A stretch of 64,000 nucleotides of DNA, from contig CM120641.1 in NCBI GenBank assembly GCA_051362555.1, positions 40,616,401-40,680,400 of the forward strand, read 5' to 3'. The DNA is from Lingula anatina. Its lineage: Eukaryota > Animalia > Brachiopoda. The position numbers were made by a program, and so were the translations under genes. Position 1 is the stretch's first letter; every line of letters starts with the position of its first letter. Below are positions 11,065-21,600 of the stretch, in pieces. The notes under the pieces were generated by a model. The model made no database searches, was not told the DNA's origin, and worked only from the letters and a program-made list of their open reading frames with translations.

Positions 11065-11138
11065 CTAGATCAATCTAGCAGGATTTATATGTCTTTGGTC
11101 TATGCATCCAGATCTCTTGTACTCTTTGTCTGTCCAGC
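11065..11138 (-). pseudogene. Transposase pseudo-exon
   Basis: AGQTKSTRDLDA*TKDI, with TAG where Trp is expected. Acceptor appears mutated (ttttaT); donor GTATGG. Confidence 0.6.
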
Positions 11139-11301
11139 ATAAAATATAAAATTGCAAAAAAGAGCTTTTGAATTCTTAGTTTATAACTCTATTAAAAAAA
11201 AGAAAACATCTGTGATGGAAAAAAAACTCACTTATTTTCTCTACCTGAAAATATAGAAAATAGTGCAACAGTTTGTGTTGTTCCCATGCATATCTACTCA
11301 C

Positions 11302-11383
11302 AGTGATATCAGATTCTTCTTTCCAAGATTTTTTGCCCCATGCCAAATAAGCCATACATGTTTTATCCCAGGTCAATTTTTTC
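11302..11383 (-). pseudogene. Transposase pseudo-exon with the (D)xWH motif
   Basis: ttccag| KK.PGIKHVWLIWHGAKNLGKKNL |gtgagt. The Asp of DxWH is replaced by Leu. Confidence 0.85.
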
Positions 11384-11534
11384 CTGGAATATTGAATTTG
11401 CATAAAATTAGATGGATATACTAGAATAACAAAAATGTGTAACTTTATAATCACATACATGACATGTAGTCACATTTCAAATAATGAATTTGCTTTCTAA
11501 TTACAATAGTAAGACGTAAATGGCATGTACTTGC

Positions 11535-11726
11535 CTAAGTGTGCAACATTGGCATCTGTGAGAACTTCTGTGAGAACCAGTTTAAACCAGAAACATCATT
11601 AAAGATTAAAATGCTCCTTATTCACGTAACTTTTAATTAGCAAAAAATATTGTCATGTTTTGTGAACATTCAGATACCAATTTTTTTTTTGAAATTTTTA
11701 GCCCAAAATCACAATCATGACATCAC
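11535..11726 (-). pseudogene. Transposase pseudo-exon carrying the first and second catalytic Asp
   Basis: ttacag|GT GAT.. (GD..CD.G) at 11726; LVLTEVLTDANVAHL near 11575-11536; donor GCAAGT. Confidence 0.65.
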
Positions 11727-12076
11727 CTGTAAGATGACAAGTGTGTAAATGTCAATTTATTTGGTCACTGAACACTGAAGATTTATCTGTTACCCAAAAG
11801 AATGTACGTAAGGTAGTAAGGAGTTATTGGCAAAGACTAAGTAACATGATCCTAAAATCTTTGTGTGTTTCATGAAAAGACTAGATTATCCGGCTTCTTC
11901 CTTAGGAATAAACTGTGAGTCACAAAACCGCATTTCAGTTACAGTATCCAGCAAACATTAAATATTTCAGTAGGTGAGATAGTAATTAAGCCTACATGTA
12001 TCGCAGCAGTACCCAGTACGAGTGGTTTGGGATTGCAAATGCGTTACAGGAGGAAACGTTAGCGCATACTTACGCT

Positions 12077-12305
12077 ACTTACCTTCCACTACCAGGCATT
12101 TTGGTTTCCCCGCCACGTGCACGGTACCTTCCTACATGTATTTGAAAACTGCTCATAGTGAATACAACTTGCTTACCTGTTAAGGTTCTCTAAACATGCG
12201 TGGTCTCTCATCACTCATGAATTGTGTTTGTTTACATCTCGAATCTGACTCGAGAACCCGCGTTATTTCAAACTGTGTCAAGATGTCTTACAAACGGGGC
12301 GTGGC
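12077..12305 (-). promoter_or_regulatory. Possible promoter and first exon(s) of the minus-strand transposase
   Basis: GC box GGGGCGTGGC (12296-12305), donor CAG|GTAAGC near 12176, and aaaATG CCT GGT AGT GGA AG|GTAAGT (ATG 12099-12097). Locally CpG-rich. Confidence 0.35.
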
Positions 12306-12319
12306 AGCTGCAGACGGTG

Positions 12320-12370
<51 letters not shown>
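12320..12370. repeat. (ATT)17 microsatellite
   Basis: Perfect ATT run read directly. Confidence 0.98.
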
Positions 12371-12644
12371 GATATTGATTAAGGCCATTTATCTGTCATG
12401 TTATGTTTTAAACGTTGTAATTGTCCTTAGTTGAATTCAACAAGAAGTAACTGTTGCACTAAAAATGTGTTTTAAATGTTAATATTAGCACTGTAACATT
12501 AATGTGATTTATTCTGAAATGTGAGGCCTACATAAGGAGCTACGGGCAAATGGCTTCGACAATATCAGTTTATTTTGTAATACGTTTACATGCACACATT
12601 ATGAGAACAATGGAAAACGACGAATAATTTAAATTCCCATTGAC

Positions 12645-15600
12645 TGTTTTTGGCTATCTTTAAAGCTGGAATTGGGGGCTTTAATGAAGTGATCCGGGCG
12701 TGTTTCCACATTTTTTATGAATGACAGGTGTGGTAGATTAATTTTCATCACATTTCGGAAAAATTGGTGACGGGTCGTTTTTGGGTGATTTTGAGTGATT
12801 TTCATCAGGTCCGCGTACAGCAGATTTCTTCAATTTTGGCCAAAAAGGGAAGAATTTTTTTTTCTTCATTATAGTGACCGGTAGGTGTGTTGGGTCATTT
12901 GTAGTCAGTATAAAGTACTGGAAGAGTGGTTGTGTCAATATTAAGGAAGAAAAAGAGCAAAAACTCTGGCCACCCCCCCTCTCTCCAGATCCTGTTTTCA
13001 GCTGTGTTTTTGGCTATCTTTAAAGCTGGAATTGGGGGCTTTAATGAAGTGATCCGGGCGTGTTTCCACATTTTTTATGAATGACAGGTGTGGTAGATTA
13101 ATTTTCATCACATTTCGGAAAAATTGGTGACGGGTCGTTTTTGGGTGATTTTGAGTGATTTTCATCAGGTCCGCGTACAGCAGATTTCTTCAATTTTGGC
13201 CAAAAAGGGAAGAAATTTTTTTTTCTTCATTATAGTGACCGGTAGGTGTGTTGGGTCATTTGTAGTCAGTATAAAGTACTGGAAGAGTGGTTGTGTCAAT
13301 ATTAAGGAAGAAAAAGAGCAAAAACTCTGGCCACCCCCCCTCTCTCCAGATCCTGTTTTCAGCTGTGTTTTTGGCTATCTTTAAAGCTGGAATTGGGGGC
13401 TTTAATGAAGTGATCCGGGCGTGTTTCCACATTTTTTATGAATGACAGGTGTGGTAGATTAATTTTCATCACATTTCGGAAAAATTGGTGACGGGTCATT
13501 TTTGGGTGATTTTGAGTGATTTTCATCAGGTCCGCGTACAGCAGATTTCTTCAATTTTGGCCAAAAAGGGAAGAAATTTTTTTTTCTTCATTATAGTGAC
13601 CGGTAGGTGTGTTGGGTCATTTGTAGTCAGTATAAAGTACTGGAAGAGTGGTTGTGTCAATATTAAGGAAGAAAAAGAGCAAAAACTCTGGCCACCCCCC
13701 CTCTCTCCAGATCCTGTTTTCAGCTGTGTTTTTGGCTATCTTTAAAGCTGGAATTGGGGGCTTTAATGAAGTGATCCGGGCGTGTTTCCACATTTTTTAT
13801 GAATGACAGGTGTGGTAGATTAATTTTCATCACATTTCGGAAAAATTGGTGACGGGTCGTTTTTGGGTGATTTTGAGTGATTTTCATCAGGTCCGCGTAC
13901 AGCAGATTTCTTCAATTTTGGCCAAAAAGGGAAGAATTTTTTTTTTCTTCATTATAGTGACCGGTAGGTGTGTTGGGTCATTTGTAGTCAGTATAAAGTA
14001 CTGGAAGAGTGGTTGTGTCAATATTAAGGAAGAAAAAGAGCAAAAACTCTGGCCACCCCCCCTCTCTCCAGATCCTGTTTTCAGCTGTGTTTTTGGCTAT
14101 CTTTAAAGCTGGAATTGGGGGCTTTAATGAAGTGATCCGGGCGTGTTTCCACATTTTTTATGAATGACAGGTGTGGTAGATTAATTTTCATCACATTTCG
14201 GAAAAATTGGTGACGGGTCGTTTTTGGGTGATTTTGAGTGATTTTCATCAGGTCCGCGTACAGCAGATTTCTTCAATTTTGGCCAAAAAGGGAAGAAATT
14301 TTTTTTTCTTCATTATAGTGACCGGTAGGTGTGTTGGGTCATTTGTAGTCAGTATAAAGTACTGGAAGAGTGGTTGTGTCAATATTAAGGAAGAAAAAGA
14401 GCAAAAACTCTGGCCACCCCCCCTCTCTCCAGATCCTGTTTTCAGCTGTGTTTTTGGCTATCTTTAAAGCTGGAATTGGGGGCTTTAATGAAGTGATCCG
14501 GGCGTGTTTCCACATTTTTTATGAATGACAGGTGTGGTAGATTAATTTTCATCACATTTCGGAAAAATTGGTGACGGGTCGTTTTTGGGTGATTTTGAGT
14601 GATTTTCATCAGGTCCGCGTACAGCAGATTTCTTCAATTTTGGCCAAAAAGGGAAGAAATTTTATTTTCTTCATTATAGTGACCGGTAGGTGTGTTGGGT
14701 CATTTGTAGTCAGTATAAAGTACTGGAAGAGTGGTTGTGTCAATATTAAGGAAGAAAAAGAGCAAAAACTCTGGCCACCCCCCCTCTCTCCAGATCCTGT
14801 TTTCAGCTGTGTTTTTGGCTATCTTTAAAGCTGGAATTGGGGGCTTTAATGAAGTGATCCGGGCGTGTTTCCACATTTTTTATGAATGACAGGTGTGGTA
14901 GATTAATTTTCATCACATTTCGGAAAAATTGGTGACGGGTCGTTTTTGGGTGATTTTGAGTGATTTTCATCAGGTCCGCGTACAGCAGATTTCTTCAATT
15001 TTGGCCAAAAAGGGAAGAAATTTTTTTTCTTCATTATAGTGACCGGTAGGTGTGTTGGGTCATTTGTAGTCAGTATAAAGCACTGGAAGAGTGGTTGTGT
15101 CAATATTAAGGAAGAAAAAGAGCAAAAACTCTGGCCACCCCCCCTCTCTCCAGATCCTGTTTTCAGCTGTGTTTTTGGCTATCTTTAAAGCTGGAATTGG
15201 GGGCTTTAATGAAGTGATCAGGGCGTGTTTCCACATTTTTTATGAATGACAGGTGTGGTAGATTAATTTTCATCACATTTCGGAAAAATTGGTGACGGGT
15301 CGTTTTTGGGTGATTTTGAGTGATTTTCATCAGGTCCGCGTACAGCAGATTTCTTCAATTTTGGCCAAAAAGGGAAGAAATTTTTTTTTCTTCATTATAG
15401 TGACCGGTAGGTGTGTTGGGTCATTTGTAGTCAGTATAAAGCACTGGAAGAGTGGTTGTGTCAATATTAAGGAAGAAAAAGAGCAAAAACTCTGGCCACC
15501 CCCCCCTCTCTCCAGATCCTGTTTTCAGCTGTGTTTTTGGCTATCTTTAAAGCTGGAATTGGGGGCTTTAATGAAGTGATCCGGGCGTGTTTCCACATTT

Positions 15601-18600
15601 TTTATGAATGACAGGTGTGGTAGATTAATTTTCATCACATTTCGGAAAAATTGGTGATGGGTCGTTTTTGGGTGATTTTGAGTGATTTTCATCAGGTCCG
15701 CGTACAGCAGATTTCTTCAATTTTGGCCAAAAAGGGAAGAAATTTTTTTTTCTTCATTATAGTGACCGGTAGGTGTGTTGGGTCATTTGTAGTCAGTATA
15801 AAGTACTGGAAGAGTGGTTGTGTCAATATTAAGGAAGAAAAAGAGCAAAAACTCTGGCCACCCCCCCCTCTCTCCAGATCCTGTTTTCAGCTGTGTTTTT
15901 GGCTATCTTTAAAGCTGGAATTGGGGGCTTTAATGAAGTGATCCGGGCGTTTCCACATTTTTTATGAATGACAGGTGTGGTAGATTAATTTTCATCACAT
16001 TTCGGAAAAATTGGTGACGGGTCGTTTTTGGGTGATTTTGAGTGATTTTCATCAGGTCCGCGTACAGCAGATTTCTTCAATTTTGGCCAAAAAGGGAAGA
16101 AATTTTTTTTTCTTCATTATAGTGACCGGTAGGTGTGTTGGGTCATTTGTAGTCAGTATAAAGTACTGGAAGAGTGGTTGTGTCAATATTAAGGAAGAAA
16201 AAGAGCAAAAACTCTGGCCACCCCCCCTCTCTCCAGATCCTGTTTTCAGCTGTGTTTTTGGCTATCTTTAAAGCTGGAATTGGGGGCTTTAATGAAGTGA
16301 TCCGGGCGTGTTTCCACATTTTTTATGAATGACAGGTGTGGTAGATTAATTTTCATCACATTTCGGAAAAATTGGTGACGGGTCGTTTTTGGGTGATTTT
16401 GAGTGATTTTCATCAGGTCCGCGTACAGCAGATTTCTTCAATTTTGGCCAAAAAGGGAAGAAATTTTTTTTTCTTCATTATAGTGACCGGTAGGTGTGTT
16501 GGGTCATTTGTAGTCAGTATAAAGTACTGGAAGAGTGGTTGTGTCAATATTAAGGAAGAAAAAGAGCAAAAACTCTGGCCCCCCCCCCCTCTCTCCAGAT
16601 CCTGTTTTCAGCTGTGTTTTTGGCTATCTTTAAAGCTGGAATTGGGGGCTTTAATGAAGTGATCCGGGCGTGTTTCCACATTTTTTATGAATGACAGGTG
16701 TGGTAGATTAATTTTCATCACATTTCGGAAAAATTGGTGACGGGTCGTTTTTGGGTGATTTTGAGTGATTTTCATCAGGTCCGCGTACAGCAGATTTCTT
16801 CAATTTTGGCCAAAAAGGGAAGAAATTTTTTTTTCTTCATTATAGTGACCGGTAGGTGTGTTGGGTCATTTGTAGTCAGTATAAAGTACTGGAAGAGTGG
16901 TTGTGTCAATATTAAGGAAGAAAAAGAGCAAAAACTCTGGCCACCCCCCCTCTCTCCAGATCCTGTTTTCAGCTGTGTTTTTGGCTATCTTTAAAGCTGG
17001 AATTGGGGGCTTTAATGAAGTGATCCGGGCGTGTTTCCACATTTTTTATGAATGACAGGTGTGGTAGATTAATTTTCATCACATTTCGGAAAAATTGGTG
17101 ACGGGTCGTTTTTGGGTGATTTTGAGTGATTTTCATCAGGTTCGCGTACAGCAGATTTCTTCAATTTTGGCCAAAAAGGGAAGAAATTTTTTTTTCTTCA
17201 TTATAGTGACCGGTAGGTGTGTTGGGTCATTTGTAGTCAGTATAAAGTACTGGAAGAGTGGTTGTGTCAATATTAAGGAAGAAAAAGAGCAAAAACTCTG
17301 GCCACCCCCCCTCTCTCCAGATCCTGTTTTCAGCTGTGTTTTTGGCTATCTTTAAAGCTGGAATTGGGGGCTTTAATGAAGTGATCCGGGCGTGTTTCCA
17401 CATTTTTTATGAATGACAGGTGTGGTAGATTAATTTTCATCACATTTCGGAAAAATTGGTGACGGGTCGTTTTTGGGTGATTTTGAGTGATTTTCATCAG
17501 GTCCGCGTACAGCAGATTTCTTCAATTTTGGCCAAAAAGGGAAGAAATTTTTTTTTCTTCATTATAGTGACCGGTAGGTGTGTTGGGTCATTTGTAGTCA
17601 GTATAAAGTACTGGAAGAGTGGTTGTGTCAATATTAAGGAAGAAAAAGAGCAAAAACTCTGGCCACCCCCCCTCTCTCCAGATCCTGTTTTCAGCTGTGT
17701 TTTTGGCTATCTTTAAAGCTGGAATTGGGGGCTTTAATGAAGTGATCCGGGCGTGTTTCCACATTTTTTATGAATGACAGGTGTGGTAGATTAATTTTCA
17801 TCACATTTCGGAAAAATTGGTGACGGGTCGTTTTTGGGTGATTTTGAGTGATTTTCATCAGGTCCGCGTACAGCAGATTTCTTCAATTTTGGCCAAAAAG
17901 GGAAGAAATTTTTTTTTCTTCATTATAGTGACCGGTAGGTGTGTTGGGTCATTTGTAGTCAGTATAAAGTACTGGAAGAGTGGTTGTGTCAATATTAAGG
18001 AAGAAAAAGAGCAAAAACTCTGGCCACCCCCCCTCTCTCCAGATCCTGTTTTCAGCTGTGTTTTTGGCTATCTTTAAAGCTGGAATTGGGGGCTTTAATG
18101 AAGTGATCCGGGCGTGTTTCCACATTTTTTATGAATGACAGGTGTGGTAGATTAATTTTCATCACATTTCGGAAAAATTGGTGACGGGTCGTTTTTGGGT
18201 GATTTTGAGTGATTTTCATCAGGTCCGCGTACAGCAGATTTCTTCAATTTTGGCCAAAAAGGGAAGAAATTTTTTTTTCTTCATTATAGTGACCGGTAGG
18301 TGTGTTGGGTCATTTGTAGTCAGTATAAATTACTGGAAGAGTGGTTGTGTCAATATTAAGGAAGAAAAAGAGCAAAAACTCTGGCCACCCCCCCCTCTCT
18401 CCAGATCCTGTTTTCAGCTGTGTTTTTGGCTATCTTTAAAGCTGGAATTGGGGGCTTTAATGAAGTGATCCGGGCGTTTCCACATTTTTTATGAATGACA
18501 GGTGTGGTAGATTAATTTTCATCACATTTCGGAAAAATTGGTGACGGGTCGTTTTTGGGTGATTTTGAGTGATTTTCATCAGGTGCGCGTACAGCAGATT

Positions 18601-21600
18601 TCTTCAATTTTGGCCAAAAAGGGAAGAAATTTTTTTTTCTTCATTATAGTGACCGGTAGGTGTGTTGGGTCATTTGTAGTCAGTATAAAGTACTGGAAGA
18701 GTGGTTGTGTCAATATTAAGGAAGAAAAAGAGCAAAAACTCTGGCCACCCCCCCTCTCTCCAGATCCTGTTTTCAGCTGTGTTTTTGGCTATCTTTAAAG
18801 CTGGAATTGGGGGCTTTAATGAAGTGATCCGGGCGTGTTTCCACATTTTTTATGAATGACAGGTGTGGTAGATTAATTTTCATCACATTTCGGAAAAATT
18901 GGTGACGGGTCGTTTTTGGGTGATTTTGAGTGATTTTCATCAGGTCCGCGTACAGCAGATTTCTTCAATTTTGGCCAAAAAGGGAAGAAATTTTTTTTTC
19001 TTCATTATAGTGACCGGTAGGTGTGTTGGGTCATTTGTAGTCAGTATAAAGTACTGGAAGAGTGGTTGTGTCAATATTAAGGAAGAAAAAGAGCAAAAAC
19101 TCTGGCCACCCCCCCCTCTCTCCAGATCCTGTTTTCAGCTGTGTTTTTGGCTATCTTTAAAGCTGGAATTGGGGGCTTTAATGAAGTGATCCGGGCGTGT
19201 TTCCACATTTTTTATGAATGACAGGTGTGGTAGATTAATTTTCATCACATTTCGGAAAAATTGGTGACGGGTCGTTTTTGGGTGATTTTGAGTGATTTTC
19301 ATCAGGTCCGCGTACAGCAGATTTCTTCAATTTTGGCCAAAAAGGGAAGAAATTTTTTTTTCTTCATTATAGTGACCGGTAGGTGTGTTGGGTCATTTGT
19401 AGTCAGTATAAAGTACTGGAAGAGTGGTTGTGTCAATATTAAGGAAGAAAAAGAGCAAAAACTCTGGCCACCCCCCCTCTCTCCAGATCCTGTTTTCAGC
19501 TGTGTTTTTGGCTATCTTTAAAGCTGGAATTGGGGGCTTTAATGAAGTGATCCGGGCGTGTTTCCACATTTTTTATGAATGACAGGTGTGGTAGATTAAT
19601 TTTCATCACATTTCGGAAAAATTGGTGACGGGTCGTTTTTGGGTGATTTTGAGTGATTTTCATCAGGTCCGCGTACAGCAGATTTCTTCAATTTTGGCCA
19701 AAAAGGGAAGAAATTTTTTTTTCTTCATTATAGTGACCGGTAGGTGTGTTGGGTCATTTGTAGTCAGTATAAAGTACTGGAAGAGTGGTTGTGTCAATAT
19801 TAAGGAAGAAAAAGAGCAAAAACTCTGGCCACCCCCCCTCTCTCCAGATCCTGTTTTCAGCTGTGTTTTTGGCTATCTTTAAAGCTGGAATTGGGGGCTT
19901 TAATGAAGTGATCCGGGCGTGTTTCCACATTTTTTATGAATGACAGGTGTGGTAGATTAATTTTCATCACATTTCGGAAAAATTGGTGACGGGTCATTTT
20001 TGGGTGATTTTGAGTGATTTTCATCAGGTCCGCGTACAGCAGATTTCTTCAATTTTGGCCAAAAAGGGAAGAAATTTTTTTTTCTTCATTATAGTGACCG
20101 GTAGGTGTGTTGGGTCATTTGTAGTCAGTATAAAGTACTGGAAGAGTGGTTGTGTCAATATTAAGGAAGAAAAAGAGCAAAAACTCTGGCCACCCCCCCT
20201 CTCTCCAGATCCTGTTTTCAGCTGTGTTTTTGGCTATCTTTAAAGCTGGAATTGGGGGCTTTAATGAAGTGATCCGGGCGTGTTTCCACATTTTTTATGA
20301 ATGACAGGTGTGGTAGATTAATTTTCATCACATTTCGGAAAAATTGGTGACGGGTCGTTTTTGGGTGATTTTGAGTGATTTTCATCAGGTCCGCGTACAG
20401 CAGATTTCTTCAATTTTGGCCAAAAAGGGAAGAATTTTTTTTTTCTTCATTATAGTGACCGGTAGGTGTGTTGGGTCATTTGTAGTCAGTATAAAGTACT
20501 GGAAGAGTGGTTGTGTCAATATTAAGGAAGAAAAAGAGCAAAAACTCTGGCCACCCCCCCTCTCTCCAGATCCTGTTTTCAGCTGTGTTTTTGGCTATCT
20601 TTAAAGCTGGAATTGGGGGCTTTAATGAAGTGATCCGGGCGTGTTTCCACATTTTTTATGAATGACAGGTGTGGTAGATTAATTTTCATCACATTTCGGA
20701 AAAATTGGTGACGGGTCGTTTTTGGGTGATTTTGAGTGATTTTCATCAGGTCCGCGTACAGCAGATTTCTTCAATTTTGGCCAAAAAGGGAAGAAATTTT
20801 TTTTTCTTCATTATAGTGACCGGTAGGTGTGTTGGGTCATTTGTAGTCAGTATAAAGTACTGGAAGAGTGGTTGTGTCAATATTAAGGAAGAAAAAGAGC
20901 AAAAACTCTGGCCACCCCCCCTCTCTCCAGATCCTGTTTTCAGCTGTGTTTTTGGCTATCTTTAAAGCTGGAATTGGGGGCTTTAATGAAGTGATCCGGG
21001 CGTGTTTCCACATTTTTTATGAATGACAGGTGTGGTAGATTAATTTTCATCACATTTCGGAAAAATTGGTGACGGGTCGTTTTTGGGTGATTTTGAGTGA
21101 TTTTCATCAGGTCCGCGTACAGCAGATTTCTTCAATTTTGGCCAAAAAGGGAAGAAATTTTTTTTTCTTCATTATAGTGACCGGTAGGTGTGTTGGGTCA
21201 TTTGTAGTCAGTATAAAGTACTGGAAGAGTGGTTGTGTCAATATTAAGGAAGAAAAAGAGCAAAAACTCTGGCCACCCCCCCTCTCTCCAGATCCTGTTT
21301 TCAGCTGTGTTTTTGGCTATCTTTAAAGCTGGAATTGGGGGCTTTAATGAAGTGATCCGGGCGTGTTTCCACATTTTTTATGAATGACAGGTGTGGTAGA
21401 TTAATTTTCATCACATTTCGGAAAAATTGGTGACGGGTCGTTTTTGGGTGATTTTGAGTGATTTTCATCAGGTCCGCGTACAGCAGATTTCTTCAATTTT
21501 GGCCAAAAAGGGAAGAAATTTTTTTTTCTTCATTATAGTGACCGGTAGGTGTGTTGGGTCATTTGTAGTCAGTATAAAGTACTGGAAGAGTGGTTGTGTC

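Larger units (their letters stand above)
9617..11726 (-). mobile_element. Decayed intron-containing DDE transposase gene (GDGRxDSPG / DxWH family; Kolobok-type or Mutator-like), six exons
   Basis: Collinear minus-strand exons give GD..CD.G, EVLTDA, HVWLIWHGAKNLGKK, AGQTK..DL.A*TKDI, KWRGV..HHIQNEH..CQHEP..RNKPWLEPGS, TESVENINSHVLMY.SKQNSF..YRAR, FSK..TWVAYPV..YIP..DPRNLSP. Many stops and frameshifts; several splice sites are mutated. Confidence 0.85.

Noticed and set aside
11232-11244. 13-nt micro-exon on the minus strand (ttttcag|GTAGAGAAAATAA|gtgagt)
   Set aside because: The flanking transposase exons join sensibly without it, and there is no transcript evidence.
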